The notes below the pieces were generated by a model. That model did not search any database, was not told the origin of the DNA, and saw only the letters and a list, made by a program, of their open reading frames with translations. Shown one piece after another: positions 8,401 through 19,570 of a DNA stretch of 55,213 nucleotides; within the stretch, counting starts at the first letter, position 1, and each line of letters opens with the position of its first letter. The stretch spans positions 1 through 55,213 of IMG/VR virus record IMGVR_UViG_3300029171_000008; one strand, given 5' to 3'. Source of the DNA: a virus. Its lineage: Duplodnaviria > Caudoviricetes. Made by a program: the position numbers and the translations under genes.

Positions 8401-11400
8401 TCAATCCTTGCCTAGGCGTTGAGCAGCACGACGAGCGGCGGCGGCACGTTCACGGTCTACTTGAGCCTTGGTTGCCCTAAAGCTATTAGCATCTGGTGTA
8501 TTGATGGTGGTGTTTTGATGAATCACAATCGTGCGTGGTGGTGCAGTACGGGATGAGGGATTAGAGTTGAGCACCATTAGGCCCGGATCGCTGCCAGGGG
8601 TACCGCCGTTTGAATAGTTATGAGCCTTGGCGCGACGAAGATCACTGGTGATGCCTTTACGACCCATCCACCGCCACAGCTTTGTATCGTGCTCGTTCAA
8701 TACATACTCGCGGGTATTGGCCACGATGGGCACCGCCCCTACCCCCTCGCGTTTCATAGCAATATCAATTGATTTACCCAGTGCCCAAGCGTCAAAGTCA
8801 TCAATGGGGCCACCGGAGGCATAGTTTTTGATGGGGCCACCTGCTGCATAGTTCATGACGGGGCCACCACCACTGAGGCCAGGGAGACCACTGAAAATAG
8901 AGGCGATGAATTTGCTGGCCATTGCTGCGAGTTGTTTGGCGGCGATATCAGCAAAGATCTGGGCCAGCATTTGCAGCGTTTTAGCGCCAAATTCTTGCAG
9001 GGTGGTCATGGCGTCTTTCGTGCCTAAGATCACATCCCCAATGGACATGAACAAGTCACCAAAGGCATTATTGAGACCGCTCTCAATTTGTTGCTGAAGA
9101 TAGTTGGTCTCGTTGGCGAGGTTAGCGAGGGAAATTTCACGGGTTTTGATCAGGGTTTCTCTTAACCGCTCTGCTTCATCTGCACTCAGTCCTAAATTCT
9201 GGGCTAACTGACCAATTTGCTCAATCTGAGCACCTGATAAATCTGACGTATCTGCTAAGCCCTTAATAAAGTCCTGATCACCACTACCAAGACCCAATGA
9301 GGTCGCCATTGTATTAAATTGCTCCAGCACCTCTGGGTCAACTTTGGCATTTTTAGCAAGGTCAAATAACTGTTTTAATTCATCAGCACTAACCCCGATA
9401 ACATCAGTGAGACGGGCGATTGATTCAACCTGATTGGGTGAAATTAGATTTTCTTTGGCAATGGTCTGTACATCTTTTTGATAGTCACTAATGCGTTTAT
9501 CTAAGTCACGCATTTGTTCATCAAATTGTTGGTCAATCTGTATTTTACGGGCTTGATATTGATAGCGACCTGCCGTGACAGGATTTTTCTCACCCTGCGC
9601 CAACGCTTCGTAATAGCTACTTTGGACTTGGCGGGTGTATGAGATTTTCTCAAAGATTTTGTCGAGGTTAAATTCGGTCTGGATTTTATTAACCAGTTGC
9701 TTTTCAGCCTCACTACTGAGGTTGATATCTGATTGCTGGGTCAGCAATCCAATTTGAATCGAAATGCCTTTGGCGTAGGCATCTAGGGCATTGGCTTGTG
9801 GCAAGTTGCCCTGTTGCCGTGCGGTGTTGGCTTTGGAAGCGGCACTTTTGAGTTCAGCATTGAGTTGCTTGAGGTAGTCGGTTGTTTTGAGACGGGCATC
9901 TTCAAATTGGCGTGAGACGTTCTCCAGATCATTAATCAGTGGCGTGAGGGGGCCATCCATACGCGAGAGGCTGATGAGTTCGCGACGAAATTGCCGCTGC
10001 TCTTGGGTGGTGGCGTCGAGGGCTTCGCGCAGTTTACGGTTGAGGATGGTGGCTGTTAATCCACCTGCCTCTTTAATGTCACCTAGGGCGCGTTTATATT
10101 GCTCAAGTTTGGCTTGGTCACTGGTGAGCGTCTCACTCAGTTCTTTGATGGTGGCTTTAATTTGGGGGCGGTTGGCCTCAGGGACGACGGTGAGTTGTTG
10201 GGTGAGTGACTCAATGAGGGCGCGGTAGGTATCAACATTGCGCTGGAGACTGGCGATGTCATCGGTGAACTGGCGAATTTCACCGACACGGCTTTGCTCG
10301 GTTTGGACGACGGAGCTAAGGATACTATTGACGGTGGTTTCGGGGGCGTAACTATCAAAGACCCCTGTGACCCGGTTGCCTAAATCTTCAAGGTTGTAGC
10401 GGTTTTGTTTCTGTATGTCGTTAAGCTGGTGAATAATGTTGCGAAATTGTTGCTCAGTCTGAATTTTTTTGGTGGCTTGTTGTACTTGGGAGAGTTGATT
10501 AGTTAATGCATATTGCTGTTGCAGGCCACCCACTTGCTGGGCGTAGGGGATGGTGGATAATTGGCCTGTGGCATTGGGAACGGCAGGCATGGGTAAACCC
10601 TGACCTGTTGCTGTAGTGCTGCCAATGGCACCGCGCACTTTGGTGAGTGCGCCTTGGTATTTTTGCATATATTGCGGATCGGTTGCATAGATGCCATAGC
10701 GCCCCTTAAAGCCACGTTCCATAAAACTCTCAGGGGTAGTCACGTAAAAATCTTCTTTCAGCGCCTTGGCTGCGTGAATTAACCCCTCACGGAAACTTTT
10801 GAAGTATTTGTCATTACCAGCATCGTCGTTGCCATAATTGAGGGGATTTTTGGTATAGGCAGCACGGCCTGTGGTGCCAAAGTGCGACTCGATTAAGGCT
10901 TGGGTGACTAAGGCATCAATGGAGACGCCAGATTGTTGGGAAGCGGCAGCAAAATCAGTGCCTGTGAGTACTGATTTAGGGGCATATTTTTTAATAAAAG
11001 TATCAATTGCACCCAGAGAACTGGCAGGCATTGAAAAAGGTTTAATGTTGTTCGCTGCAAAATTAGCGGGGGTGAAACCTTTCTCAATAAAGGGAAACCA
11101 AACCTCTTTTAAGAATTTGATTCTGAGGCTATCGGGAATGCCGACATTAGAACCGGGCTGATAAAAATCAGCGCTGACATGGGTACCCAGGTCGCCGCCT
11201 GGATTTCTAGCACCATTAACACCAGCGGAGGTATGGCCACTACGACCTTGTTCACCAATCACCGTACCAGCGGGCAAAGTCTGGCCAGGAACAATGGCCG
11301 CGTTAATTTTTTGGAAATGGCCTAGCAGAACATCAATTTCTTTGCCTAAATATTTGAAGCGCAGCTCGACTGCATTTCCATAGCCGCTGCCGTCATTGAA

Positions 11401-14400
11401 CTTTTTAAGCACTCTAGATTCAACGGGAAATCCAACGGGGACGCCCAGCACCTGATCTTTTTTGTTGTGGATGGTGAAGTCACTACCCGGTTCGCCGCTG
11501 GCATCAGTCCAGCTCCCCACATTCACCCGTGCCCCTGGAATGGGTGTGTAGGCACTTGCACCCGGTATGCCCTGGAACTGCGCCATCTGGAGCGCCATCT
11601 GCCGCTGTTGGTCGGTCAGATTATGGAACAGGTCAGTTTTGCCTAGCGTAATATCGCGGATCGCTTGGGTGAGTTTCTGGTTATTGCCCAGTTGGTCTAA
11701 TTCACTAGAGAGGGTATCAAAAACACTCTCTAGGTAGCTGGAAATGCTTTCCACCACTTGGGTGGAGGTATCGTTGGCAAACCCTTTGACGGTACTGCGA
11801 ATGGCATTGGTGGAACGGGTGGATTTAATTTGCAACAGCAATCGCTTGATTTCAAGTTGAGATTCAGTGATGGCATCTTTGGCTTGGTTACGCGCATCCT
11901 CAACCGTGCGCCCCATCTGCCGCGTTTGTTGCTCAATCTGGTAGACCAGGTCGTTGTATTGGTCGGCGAATTCTTTGGTGGATTGGGAGATGCGGTTATT
12001 GGATTCCTCAATGGATTGATTGAGGCTGGCCATGTCTTGTTTGGCTTGGTTCAGGTCGCCCAATTTATCCACGTAGGGTTTGAGGGCACTGAAGCGGTTG
12101 GGATCTGTCTCAACCTGTTGCTGCGCTTTAACAATTTGCTCTTGGGTGGCGCTGGCGATGGGGCCACCCAATAACCCTTCTAAGCCTGTTTTGATACCGG
12201 GGGGCAGTTCTGATAGGAGACGGTTGCGGGCTTCAACAAAGCGCTCTAGTTCACCCAAGCGCTGGCGGAGTGCGTTGCGCTCGATCTGCGCTTCACGGAT
12301 AGAAGCTTCACCAGGGGGGATGGCAAATTGGGATTGCAGACGCGCCAAGGCACCGCGTTGGGTGGCTTCATTAATGGCGGCGTTGATATTTCCTTGGTCT
12401 AGGCGTCCTTGGGCGGCGGCGAGGTCAAATAGCGGTTTATTGAGCGCCATCACGTTGGAGAAGTTGTCATACAGCTTCTGCAAGGAGGTGATGCGCTTGT
12501 CAATACTATTGAGCAGTTCTGGATGTTGGCTAGAGACATTGGTGGCCTCCATCTCTGCCCTAGCTTGCTTCCATTTGTCAATTGCAGACTGTATTCCACT
12601 GAGAGAACCAAACCCCGCCATCGTCTCGGCATTGAGGGTATCGAGTTGGGTTTGGAGCGCTTTGCGCTCAGCCAGTAGCTTGCTTTTATCAGCACTGGAG
12701 AGCGGGTTAATGCCTGCCCCTGATAGGTTTAACTTTGCCCCAATCGCTTCAATTTGGCCCTGTAAATCTTTGGCCTTTGTGGCGTAGTCTTGCAGCGAGT
12801 CACTGTTAAGTCCGGTTTGGTTCACCTTTGCAATCCGTTTATCCACTTCAGCAAGTGCTTGCTCTGTTTGCTGTGCTGCCTTTTGTGCATCCATCATGCC
12901 GTGGGTGACAAATTCAAATTTGTCTTTGCCCTGGAATAATTTGGCGTAGAGGTTGGTGAACGGGCTGCGCTCCGCTAAATAGCCAAGGGGCGCGCCTAAG
13001 GTATCCAGCAGTTGACCGCCTGTGCTGGTGGCTTGCGGTTTGGGGGTGGGTAGGGTGCTGGCTTGGGTGTTGCGACCCTTTAGAGCGCGTTCGTTGTCTT
13101 GCAGCGATTTTGTGAGCTGGTCGGTAAGGGCGATGACGGAACTGGTACCGCGCGAGCTGAGTGCATCAAAGATGGCCCAGGCTGCGGTTAAGCCAATTAC
13201 GGCGACGGTGACGGGGTTGAGGGTGGCCAGTAATGCTTTTATTCCTTGGGTGACGCCCGCTACCCCTTTAGCAAAAATACCGCGCACTCCCAGCGCACTC
13301 AACGCTTCCCACGCTTGGGCCAGTTTGAGCACTTTAATCACAGTGGTAGCAATGTGGCTGGTGGCGGCAATCATACCTACGGTGAGTGCCAAATTGACCA
13401 GCTCTGCATTATCGGCTAAAAACCCAAGTGCCCTCGCTGCAACTGCGGCGGCGGCGGTCACAACATCCAATGGGGTTGCCCCGGCACTGCGCTGCAAACG
13501 ATCAAAGGCGTTGGCGATGCGCGCCATCTGGGCATCTAGATTCTGACTGGTGGACTCCAGGGTGGCACTGGTCATCTGGGACAGCGAATCTAGGAATTTA
13601 GGCAGAAATTCGTAGCTTGAGGTGGTGCCCTGGCCAATAATATTAGTGAGCTGCGAAACTTCGGTGTTGAGCGCTGCTGCTGCTGCAACAGTGGACTGGG
13701 GCACTGCTTCTGAGGCTTGACCGCGTAGCTCTTCCATACTCACCACTCCCTTCGCTCCCATCTGCTGCACCGCAATTGCAAATTGGTTGGAGCGCTCTTG
13801 GGATAGGTTCAGGGCTTTGGTGATGCCCAGTATCTTTTGCTCAAGCTCTAGGGCATCTTCAGCCAATGGGGTACCCATGAGGGAGCCAGCAAAGTCGGCA
13901 TAGCTCCCCGCCGCCTCTTTGAAGTTGGTCCCAATCCGGTCTGCATAATGCTCTAAATCACTCAGCGAGCGTGTGGTTTGCCCGGTCCCTTGGATTAAAT
14001 AGGTGAGGTTACGATATTCGTTGGCGGCTTGAATGGAGCTGGCATAAAATTGGTTGAGCGGCGCTAGGACAAATAAGAGGGCAGCACCTGCCCCTACCAC
14101 CGCGACGGCAATTTCTTTGAAATTATTGGTGATTCGTCCTAAGGTGGGTGACTTTGCGCCCAGTGCATCCAGACGCTCCCCAAACCCTTCCACGAACCCA
14201 CCTAACCCCGGTGAGACGGTATTGAGCAGCGCAGCTAGGTTTTCCCATGCCCCCTTTGCCCCCTCAGCGGCAACGTTGGCAATCTCCGCCACCCCTGCCC
14301 CCACTTCATACCCGATGCCTTCAAAAACAGGCTGCACTTGGGGCGCTGCATGGTCTATCGCTTGCTTGGAGGTTTGAGCAGCGTCAGCAATAATCCGCCC

Positions 14401-17400
14401 TGCATTAAAACCAGCCCGTTGATTTACCTGAATATCCGGTAAGTTAACCTCAATGTTCGCGACTCCGCTCTCAACTAAGGTGCGAATTTGCGCCACATAC
14501 TGATCCACGTTGGCAAGTTCTGGGGTTCCCAAATTGCCCAGCAATCGCTTCAAGGTGTCCTCTAGGTCGGGTAGCTCCTCTAGTCCAACTTCAAACCCTG
14601 CTGCTACCTGTTGCCCCATCCAAATCATCACCTTGGAGGGAGAAGCGATGCCCAGAACACGCTTGAACTCTAAAATAAATGACTTGCCAAGCGCGTTAGC
14701 TGTCGCTTGTAAAGGTTTGATGCTTGCCTCTAGAGATAGCAACAGCCCCCTAGCTGATTCATCCCCTGCTTCCGCGAGCTTTTTGATCTGTTCTACATCC
14801 ACGACTAGCGAACGCCTCAAGCCTTGTGAGGCTTTGCCAAGCTGTGAAGCAGCACGATTGTATTGAGTCAGATCAACACCTGGTTTGCCAAAGTCGCCCT
14901 TAACCTCAGTGTTGGCTGCCACCAATAGCCGCTGAATCCGGTCGATTCCATATAACTTCTCGTTAATGCGCTTGGATAGGTCAATAGTGGAATCAGTTTG
15001 CGGGTTTTTCTTGATCAGTTGCTCAGTAATGCGTTTTCTGTCTGCGTCTAAAATGCTAGCGACAGAAGAGATGCGCTCTTTTGAACTGAGTAAAGATAAT
15101 GGGTTTTCAGTGGAGAGTCTAGGGTTTTGCCGCAGTAACTGTGCAGACTCAGTGCGTGTGGAAAGATTAATGTCACGCCGCAATTGCCTTGTCTCTGCCC
15201 TAAACTCTGCTAAGCCATAATTTTGGACAGGATCCGGCTTGGTAAAAACTTTCTCTACCGCTCCTACGGTCTTCTGTACTGCGGCGGTTTCGGGCGTGAG
15301 TGAGGTATTGATCACCTCCACCATGTCCTTCACACCGCGCTCAATGACCTGCTTACCGCCTGCAATGGCAATATCAATGGCGGCATTATCAGCTACCGCT
15401 CTGGTACCTGCCTTGGCTGTCATCTCAGCGGTGTCTGCTGCAAAGGTCGATAAAGCCTGAGTTGCGGTGTGCTCAAGGTTCTGGATTGCACCTGCGGCCA
15501 TGTGCTCTAGGTGCTGCAAAATTCCTGCCTCTGGAGCAGCCCCTGACTCAGCCGCTTGAATAATCATGCGCGCCGCCGCGTCATCAATCCCCCCGGCAAC
15601 CACTACCTCAGTTAAACTATCCACGACTCGATTGAGTTGCGAGAGCACCACGTCAGCACCCCCCGCCACGGCACCCGCTGGCCCTGGCAAGAACGCCGCA
15701 CCTGCTTTGAGTGCAGCCTGTGGGACAACGAAGTTACTCAGGATAAATTTGAGGGCTGTGGTGATACGGGTGGGGTCTCTGGCAAAGAGCGCGTCTTCAG
15801 TTCGCTGTGCCGTTTGCCCAGCAGAGACCACCGCTTTACCCACTGGGTTGTTGACTACTGCGACCAGTGCCTTTGAGGCAACACTTTGCGCTGTTGCTGT
15901 GGCCCGCGAAAGAGGATCAGCGGTCTGCTGGGCAATAATGCGCTTTTCTTGGGCTTTGAGCGCCTGAATAATGCCGTTAAAGGCTTTTCCTACTTCTTGA
16001 TTGTATTTTTGGTCTCCTTGCCCTGATACTGTTGGCACATCAGGGCGCTGAACGGACTTAACGCCTTTGTTAAGAGCTCCTAAGGTTTTTAGTAGTACGC
16101 TTTTGATTTCTTCTGGCAGAATTAACGTTTCATTTAATAGGTTTTGTAGCTCAGTATCTGAATAGTTTTTCTTGAGCGTGCCGTAATTCTTGCTAAGATT
16201 TTTAAGCTCTCCTGCGCTGAACACTAGTGATAGCGCTCTAGCTGAGGCTTCATCTACGCCTTGCTTTTGCAGATAGCCAAGGGCACTCTTGCGCGTGTTT
16301 GCCTCTCGCTGAGTCCGCGCATAAATAACAACATCCTTGGCCCCCTGTGCAATTGCCGCAACATCTTTGGCGGCTGTTGCAATGTAATCGGTTGCAACGG
16401 CCGAAGTTCCTACCTTCTCCGCAATTCGTTCCTTAGCCAAATCTTTAACTGCATCAGCAACCCGCTGCACAACACTGGCCTGAGGTTCTGTTTTGGGTGG
16501 GACAACTACGGGTATCCCCTGTTTAGGTAGATTTAATTCTAGTTGCCGATCAAATTTGGTCGTGCTGCCACGGGTGACAATATTCCCCGCGACAATAATA
16601 TCTTTTAGAACTGATATCGATAAAATTTTGCTCAGGTCAAATTTTGGCGGATTGGGGAGATCTACAGATTGAGCGGTAGGGGATTGGTTTGCAATATCTA
16701 GACTGAGTTCAAGCTGCGATTCAATTGCAGCTAATTTTGGTGTGACAGTCGCTGCTGTGGTGCCGAGGGCTGCTATATACCGATTGAGCGCATCTAAATC
16801 CGCTTTAACGCTCTCAGCACCCCCTAATACCGCTCCCCCTTCCAATTCAGCTTGAGTTGCAGCCTGTAACTTTTGCGTTAGCCGATTTTGGATTTCTTTG
16901 AGCTGGGCATTTGTGTACTCTTCAATCGGTTTAGCAAGGCTGACTGTGGTGAGTTGAGGAGCCTTAGACTTTACAAACGTTTGCTTCTTGGTTCCTAAAT
17001 CACTGTGAATGATAAAGGCATTAGCGCGAAATATTTCAGTCGCACTCTCAGTTGATATCAATCCTTCTTGTAATTTATCTAGCCCTAGTTGGATATTTTT
17101 ATAAATCTCATGGATGACTACATTTAAGTCATTGACGGGCTTACTGCCCATTAAATCTTTGTCGATGGATTGATAGGTAGTGGCTAGATTCTTGAGTAAC
17201 TTTGTTGCAGACTCAATAACATTTTGGCCCTCTGCAATCTCACGCTGGAATTGGGCAATTTGCTGAGTGGGCGAATTATCTTTCTTGGCAAAGGTACCTC
17301 TCAGCATTTCCTTAGGCGTTAGGGTTGGATTAACGCCTAAAAACTGCGCTGCATTGGGTTGAGTAAGATAGTTGACAATGCCGTGATAAGCTTGACCAAC

Positions 17401-19131
17401 CTCGGCGTCTTGATTAATAGACTGAAACCGCGCCCCGAATAAGGTGCCAAAAGCATGAACTGGGTCTGCGGTGCTAATTGCAGAGCTAAAACGTGGACTA
17501 CTGGGGCGAACAATATCGGGTGTACCAAAAGCAAATCCTTTGGCGGTGACGCTGGATTGGGGGAACCCTTTTTCAATGATTTCAGCAGCCCCTTTAGCAA
17601 CCAAATTGCCGCCGCAATAGGCCACAATGTCTGATTTAGTACTCAACTCCTCTGCATACAATGCATTAGCCGCTAGGTTGATTTCATCCTCTGTTACCCC
17701 CGTTAGTGAGGTTTTGGCAAGGTGCTCTAAAACTGAAACCATGCCCAAAATGCCCTTTTCTTGGACATTGAGCCGGGTGAGAATGCTGTTGAGGGTGGTG
17801 TACAGTATCCCCTGATCGCCAGGGCCATCGGTGACCAAATTGCGCACCCCCACCACGTTTGAACCCATCGTTCCCGCGCGATAGGTGGAGGCGTGATAAT
17901 CCCCATGTTTGCCAAAGTCACCAAACCCACCACTAAACACCACGGAGGGGCGGTGGGGGTCAAGTTGATAATTGAGCTGACTCTTGCGCTGCTGGGTACG
18001 TTGAATTGCGCCAAATAAGGTAAACTCGCGGATTAAATCGGGGATAATCCCTACTGTAGAAAGCATGACTCGATTGAGGCTGACAAAATCTTTATCAATT
18101 GAGCCAATATATTGAGCGGTCTTACTTAAATCTCGCTCCAGAATGACGTTCTTAATAAAGGGGTTAGTGGTGACCGCCTCTCCAAAATTACGGCCTACAA
18201 TATTGGGAATTTCACCTCTATTACCTCTCGTTTGATATTCAACCGCTCCCACATAGCCAACGCCCGTTTTAAGGGCATTATAGATATTACGCGCATCAAA
18301 AATATGGTCAATCTTTTGGCCAACTTTATCGAGCGCTCCCAAGGCTTGCTCTGGCGTTATGCCCGATTTGGCCTGCACAAATTTTGAGGTATTGTCAAAA
18401 ACATTACCAACGCGCTGGCCCACAAATTGCGTAATGGGGGCGAGCTGGGCAGCAAGTTTCGCTTCAATGGGTTTAATCGCAGCTTCCCCGACTGAGAAGG
18501 CAGCGCCCTTAAACACTTGACCCACTGAGGCTGTAATGGCCCGGAAGGGGGCAGTGATGACGCTGCCCACCCGATCTAATAAACTTTGTTTATTGGCATC
18601 TTTGAGGATGCGCTCTAAGTTGCGCGAAAAGATACCTGTTTGTTGGACACCTGCGACCCGCTCACGGGCCAGCTTAGATTGAAAATTTTCTGCAACCCTA
18701 TCCCCCGCTTTCTCAAAATTCGAGATAAAGCGACTGGATTCAATCTGGTGGGTGACATGGGTTTGGACTGTAGCAGTGGCTGACCCTATCGACTGGACAG
18801 ACCTGACCGTCGCTGCTGCTGTTTTTTGTAAAGTTTCTAACTTTTTAACACTGCGATCTATTTCGGTGTCGTTCACCTTTACAGTGAGGGGATTGCGGTT
18901 CCATTTACTCTGTAAGCGATCGACGTGCGCTTCTTTTTGGTCGAGGTGCTTATTCAGTGCCGTGACCTGACGGTCATCAACCGTGACCGTCAGGTCTAGG
19001 GATTTGGCAAAGGCACGTCCTAGGCGCTGGGCGTCCGTCGTCGCTTTGCGTACCGCCGCGTCTAGATTTCGATTAAACTTCTCAAAGTTTGAATCGTATT
19101 CTAGGATTAATTCTTCAACGGTGACTGCCAT
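8401..19131 (-). CDS. Tape measure protein (~3576 aa) with hydrolase-like, M23-like and glucosaminidase-like domains
   Basis: ATG 19131 with AGGAG RBS; tape-measure motif QQMGAKGVVSMEELRGQ; GYGN...GHF...GTVIGEQGRSG; IESHFG...YATDPQY; follows the chaperone gene. Confidence 0.92.
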   Translation of the reverse strand: MAVTVEELILEYDSNFEKFNRNLDAAVRKATTDAQRLGRAFAKSLDLTVTVDDRQVTALNKHLDQKEAHVDRLQSKWNRNPLTVKVNDTEIDRSVKKLETLQKTAAATVRSVQSIGSATATVQTHVTHQIESSRFISNFEKAGDRVAENFQSKLARERVAGVQQTGIFSRNLERILKDANKQSLLDRVGSVITAPFRAITASVGQVFKGAAFSVGEAAIKPIEAKLAAQLAPITQFVGQRVGNVFDNTSKFVQAKSGITPEQALGALDKVGQKIDHIFDARNIYNALKTGVGYVGAVEYQTRGNRGEIPNIVGRNFGEAVTTNPFIKNVILERDLSKTAQYIGSIDKDFVSLNRVMLSTVGIIPDLIREFTLFGAIQRTQQRKSQLNYQLDPHRPSVVFSGGFGDFGKHGDYHASTYRAGTMGSNVVGVRNLVTDGPGDQGILYTTLNSILTRLNVQEKGILGMVSVLEHLAKTSLTGVTEDEINLAANALYAEELSTKSDIVAYCGGNLVAKGAAEIIEKGFPQSSVTAKGFAFGTPDIVRPSSPRFSSAISTADPVHAFGTLFGARFQSINQDAEVGQAYHGIVNYLTQPNAAQFLGVNPTLTPKEMLRGTFAKKDNSPTQQIAQFQREIAEGQNVIESATKLLKNLATTYQSIDKDLMGSKPVNDLNVVIHEIYKNIQLGLDKLQEGLISTESATEIFRANAFIIHSDLGTKKQTFVKSKAPQLTTVSLAKPIEEYTNAQLKEIQNRLTQKLQAATQAELEGGAVLGGAESVKADLDALNRYIAALGTTAATVTPKLAAIESQLELSLDIANQSPTAQSVDLPNPPKFDLSKILSISVLKDIIVAGNIVTRGSTTKFDRQLELNLPKQGIPVVVPPKTEPQASVVQRVADAVKDLAKERIAEKVGTSAVATDYIATAAKDVAAIAQGAKDVVIYARTQREANTRKSALGYLQKQGVDEASARALSLVFSAGELKNLSKNYGTLKKNYSDTELQNLLNETLILPEEIKSVLLKTLGALNKGVKSVQRPDVPTVSGQGDQKYNQEVGKAFNGIIQALKAQEKRIIAQQTADPLSRATATAQSVASKALVAVVNNPVGKAVVSAGQTAQRTEDALFARDPTRITTALKFILSNFVVPQAALKAGAAFLPGPAGAVAGGADVVLSQLNRVVDSLTEVVVAGGIDDAAARMIIQAAESGAAPEAGILQHLEHMAAGAIQNLEHTATQALSTFAADTAEMTAKAGTRAVADNAAIDIAIAGGKQVIERGVKDMVEVINTSLTPETAAVQKTVGAVEKVFTKPDPVQNYGLAEFRAETRQLRRDINLSTRTESAQLLRQNPRLSTENPLSLLSSKERISSVASILDADRKRITEQLIKKNPQTDSTIDLSKRINEKLYGIDRIQRLLVAANTEVKGDFGKPGVDLTQYNRAASQLGKASQGLRRSLVVDVEQIKKLAEAGDESARGLLLSLEASIKPLQATANALGKSFILEFKRVLGIASPSKVMIWMGQQVAAGFEVGLEELPDLEDTLKRLLGNLGTPELANVDQYVAQIRTLVESGVANIEVNLPDIQVNQRAGFNAGRIIADAAQTSKQAIDHAAPQVQPVFEGIGYEVGAGVAEIANVAAEGAKGAWENLAALLNTVSPGLGGFVEGFGERLDALGAKSPTLGRITNNFKEIAVAVVGAGAALLFVLAPLNQFYASSIQAANEYRNLTYLIQGTGQTTRSLSDLEHYADRIGTNFKEAAGSYADFAGSLMGTPLAEDALELEQKILGITKALNLSQERSNQFAIAVQQMGAKGVVSMEELRGQASEAVPQSTVAAAAALNTEVSQLTNIIGQGTTSSYEFLPKFLDSLSQMTSATLESTSQNLDAQMARIANAFDRLQRSAGATPLDVVTAAAAVAARALGFLADNAELVNLALTVGMIAATSHIATTVIKVLKLAQAWEALSALGVRGIFAKGVAGVTQGIKALLATLNPVTVAVIGLTAAWAIFDALSSRGTSSVIALTDQLTKSLQDNERALKGRNTQASTLPTPKPQATSTGGQLLDTLGAPLGYLAERSPFTNLYAKLFQGKDKFEFVTHGMMDAQKAAQQTEQALAEVDKRIAKVNQTGLNSDSLQDYATKAKDLQGQIEAIGAKLNLSGAGINPLSSADKSKLLAERKALQTQLDTLNAETMAGFGSLSGIQSAIDKWKQARAEMEATNVSSQHPELLNSIDKRITSLQKLYDNFSNVMALNKPLFDLAAAQGRLDQGNINAAINEATQRGALARLQSQFAIPPGEASIREAQIERNALRQRLGELERFVEARNRLLSELPPGIKTGLEGLLGGPIASATQEQIVKAQQQVETDPNRFSALKPYVDKLGDLNQAKQDMASLNQSIEESNNRISQSTKEFADQYNDLVYQIEQQTRQMGRTVEDARNQAKDAITESQLEIKRLLLQIKSTRSTNAIRSTVKGFANDTSTQVVESISSYLESVFDTLSSELDQLGNNQKLTQAIRDITLGKTDLFHNLTDQQRQMALQMAQFQGIPGASAYTPIPGARVNVGSWTDASGEPGSDFTIHNKKDQVLGVPVGFPVESRVLKKFNDGSGYGNAVELRFKYLGKEIDVLLGHFQKINAAIVPGQTLPAGTVIGEQGRSGHTSAGVNGARNPGGDLGTHVSADFYQPGSNVGIPDSLRIKFLKEVWFPFIEKGFTPANFAANNIKPFSMPASSLGAIDTFIKKYAPKSVLTGTDFAAASQQSGVSIDALVTQALIESHFGTTGRAAYTKNPLNYGNDDAGNDKYFKSFREGLIHAAKALKEDFYVTTPESFMERGFKGRYGIYATDPQYMQKYQGALTKVRGAIGSTTATGQGLPMPAVPNATGQLSTIPYAQQVGGLQQQYALTNQLSQVQQATKKIQTEQQFRNIIHQLNDIQKQNRYNLEDLGNRVTGVFDSYAPETTVNSILSSVVQTEQSRVGEIRQFTDDIASLQRNVDTYRALIESLTQQLTVVPEANRPQIKATIKELSETLTSDQAKLEQYKRALGDIKEAGGLTATILNRKLREALDATTQEQRQFRRELISLSRMDGPLTPLINDLENVSRQFEDARLKTTDYLKQLNAELKSAASKANTARQQGNLPQANALDAYAKGISIQIGLLTQQSDINLSSEAEKQLVNKIQTEFNLDKIFEKISYTRQVQSSYYEALAQGEKNPVTAGRYQYQARKIQIDQQFDEQMRDLDKRISDYQKDVQTIAKENLISPNQVESIARLTDVIGVSADELKQLFDLAKNAKVDPEVLEQFNTMATSLGLGSGDQDFIKGLADTSDLSGAQIEQIGQLAQNLGLSADEAERLRETLIKTREISLANLANETNYLQQQIESGLNNAFGDLFMSIGDVILGTKDAMTTLQEFGAKTLQMLAQIFADIAAKQLAAMASKFIASIFSGLPGLSGGGPVMNYAAGGPIKNYASGGPIDDFDAWALGKSIDIAMKREGVGAVPIVANTREYVLNEHDTKLWRWMGRKGITSDLRRAKAHNYSNGGTPGSDPGLMVLNSNPSSRTAPPRTIVIHQNTTINTPDANSFRATKAQVDRERAAAARRAAQRLGKD

Positions 19132-19138
19132 AACGCTC

Positions 19139-19570
19139 CTAATCCCCCCGCACAATCATTTCAAGTTCAAGCAGCAAGGGCGTCACAATTGCTTTGGGCA
19201 CACTTTTGAGGGTGGGATAGAGATTGAGCAGGGTGTGAGCCGCTTGCTGCGATATACTCAACTGCCGTTCGGTGGATTGCGCAATCCATTCCACTGGGTG
19301 GGGAAGATATGCTTCAATCTTGGTCGCACTCACCCCTTCTTTGAGGTTGGAGTTGACATAGGTCTGGGCTACACGGGCAGCGCTGTAGCTATCGAGGTTT
19401 CGGACTCGTCTAATCGCGGTGAGGGTTCGCTGGATTGAGTTAACGGACTGCCAAGCAAAGTTTCGCTCGTTATATCGGGGGTCGTGGAGGGAGCTGGTAT
19501 TGATTTCGTACCAGACATTTCCCCAGTCGCTGCGTTGGGTGTGGAGGCGACGGGAGATGGAGTCAAAGGG
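19139..19570 (-). CDS. Tail assembly chaperone GT, -1 frameshifted C-terminal part
   Basis: -1 frame is open from the CCCTTTG heptamer through the 19139-19333 ORF. Confidence 0.75.
   Translation of the reverse strand, partial: PFDSISRRLHTQRSDWGNVWYEINTSSLHDPRYNERNFAWQSVNSIQRTLTAIRRVRNLDSYSAARVAQTYVNSNLKEGVSATKIEAYLPHPVEWIAQSTERQLSISQQAAHTLLNLYPTLKSVPKAIVTPLLLELEMIVRGD

Noticed and set aside
8627-18970. Numerous short ORFs antisense or out of frame within the tape measure gene
   Set aside because: Shadow ORFs of a long Ala/Leu/Gln-rich gene, with no recognisable motifs
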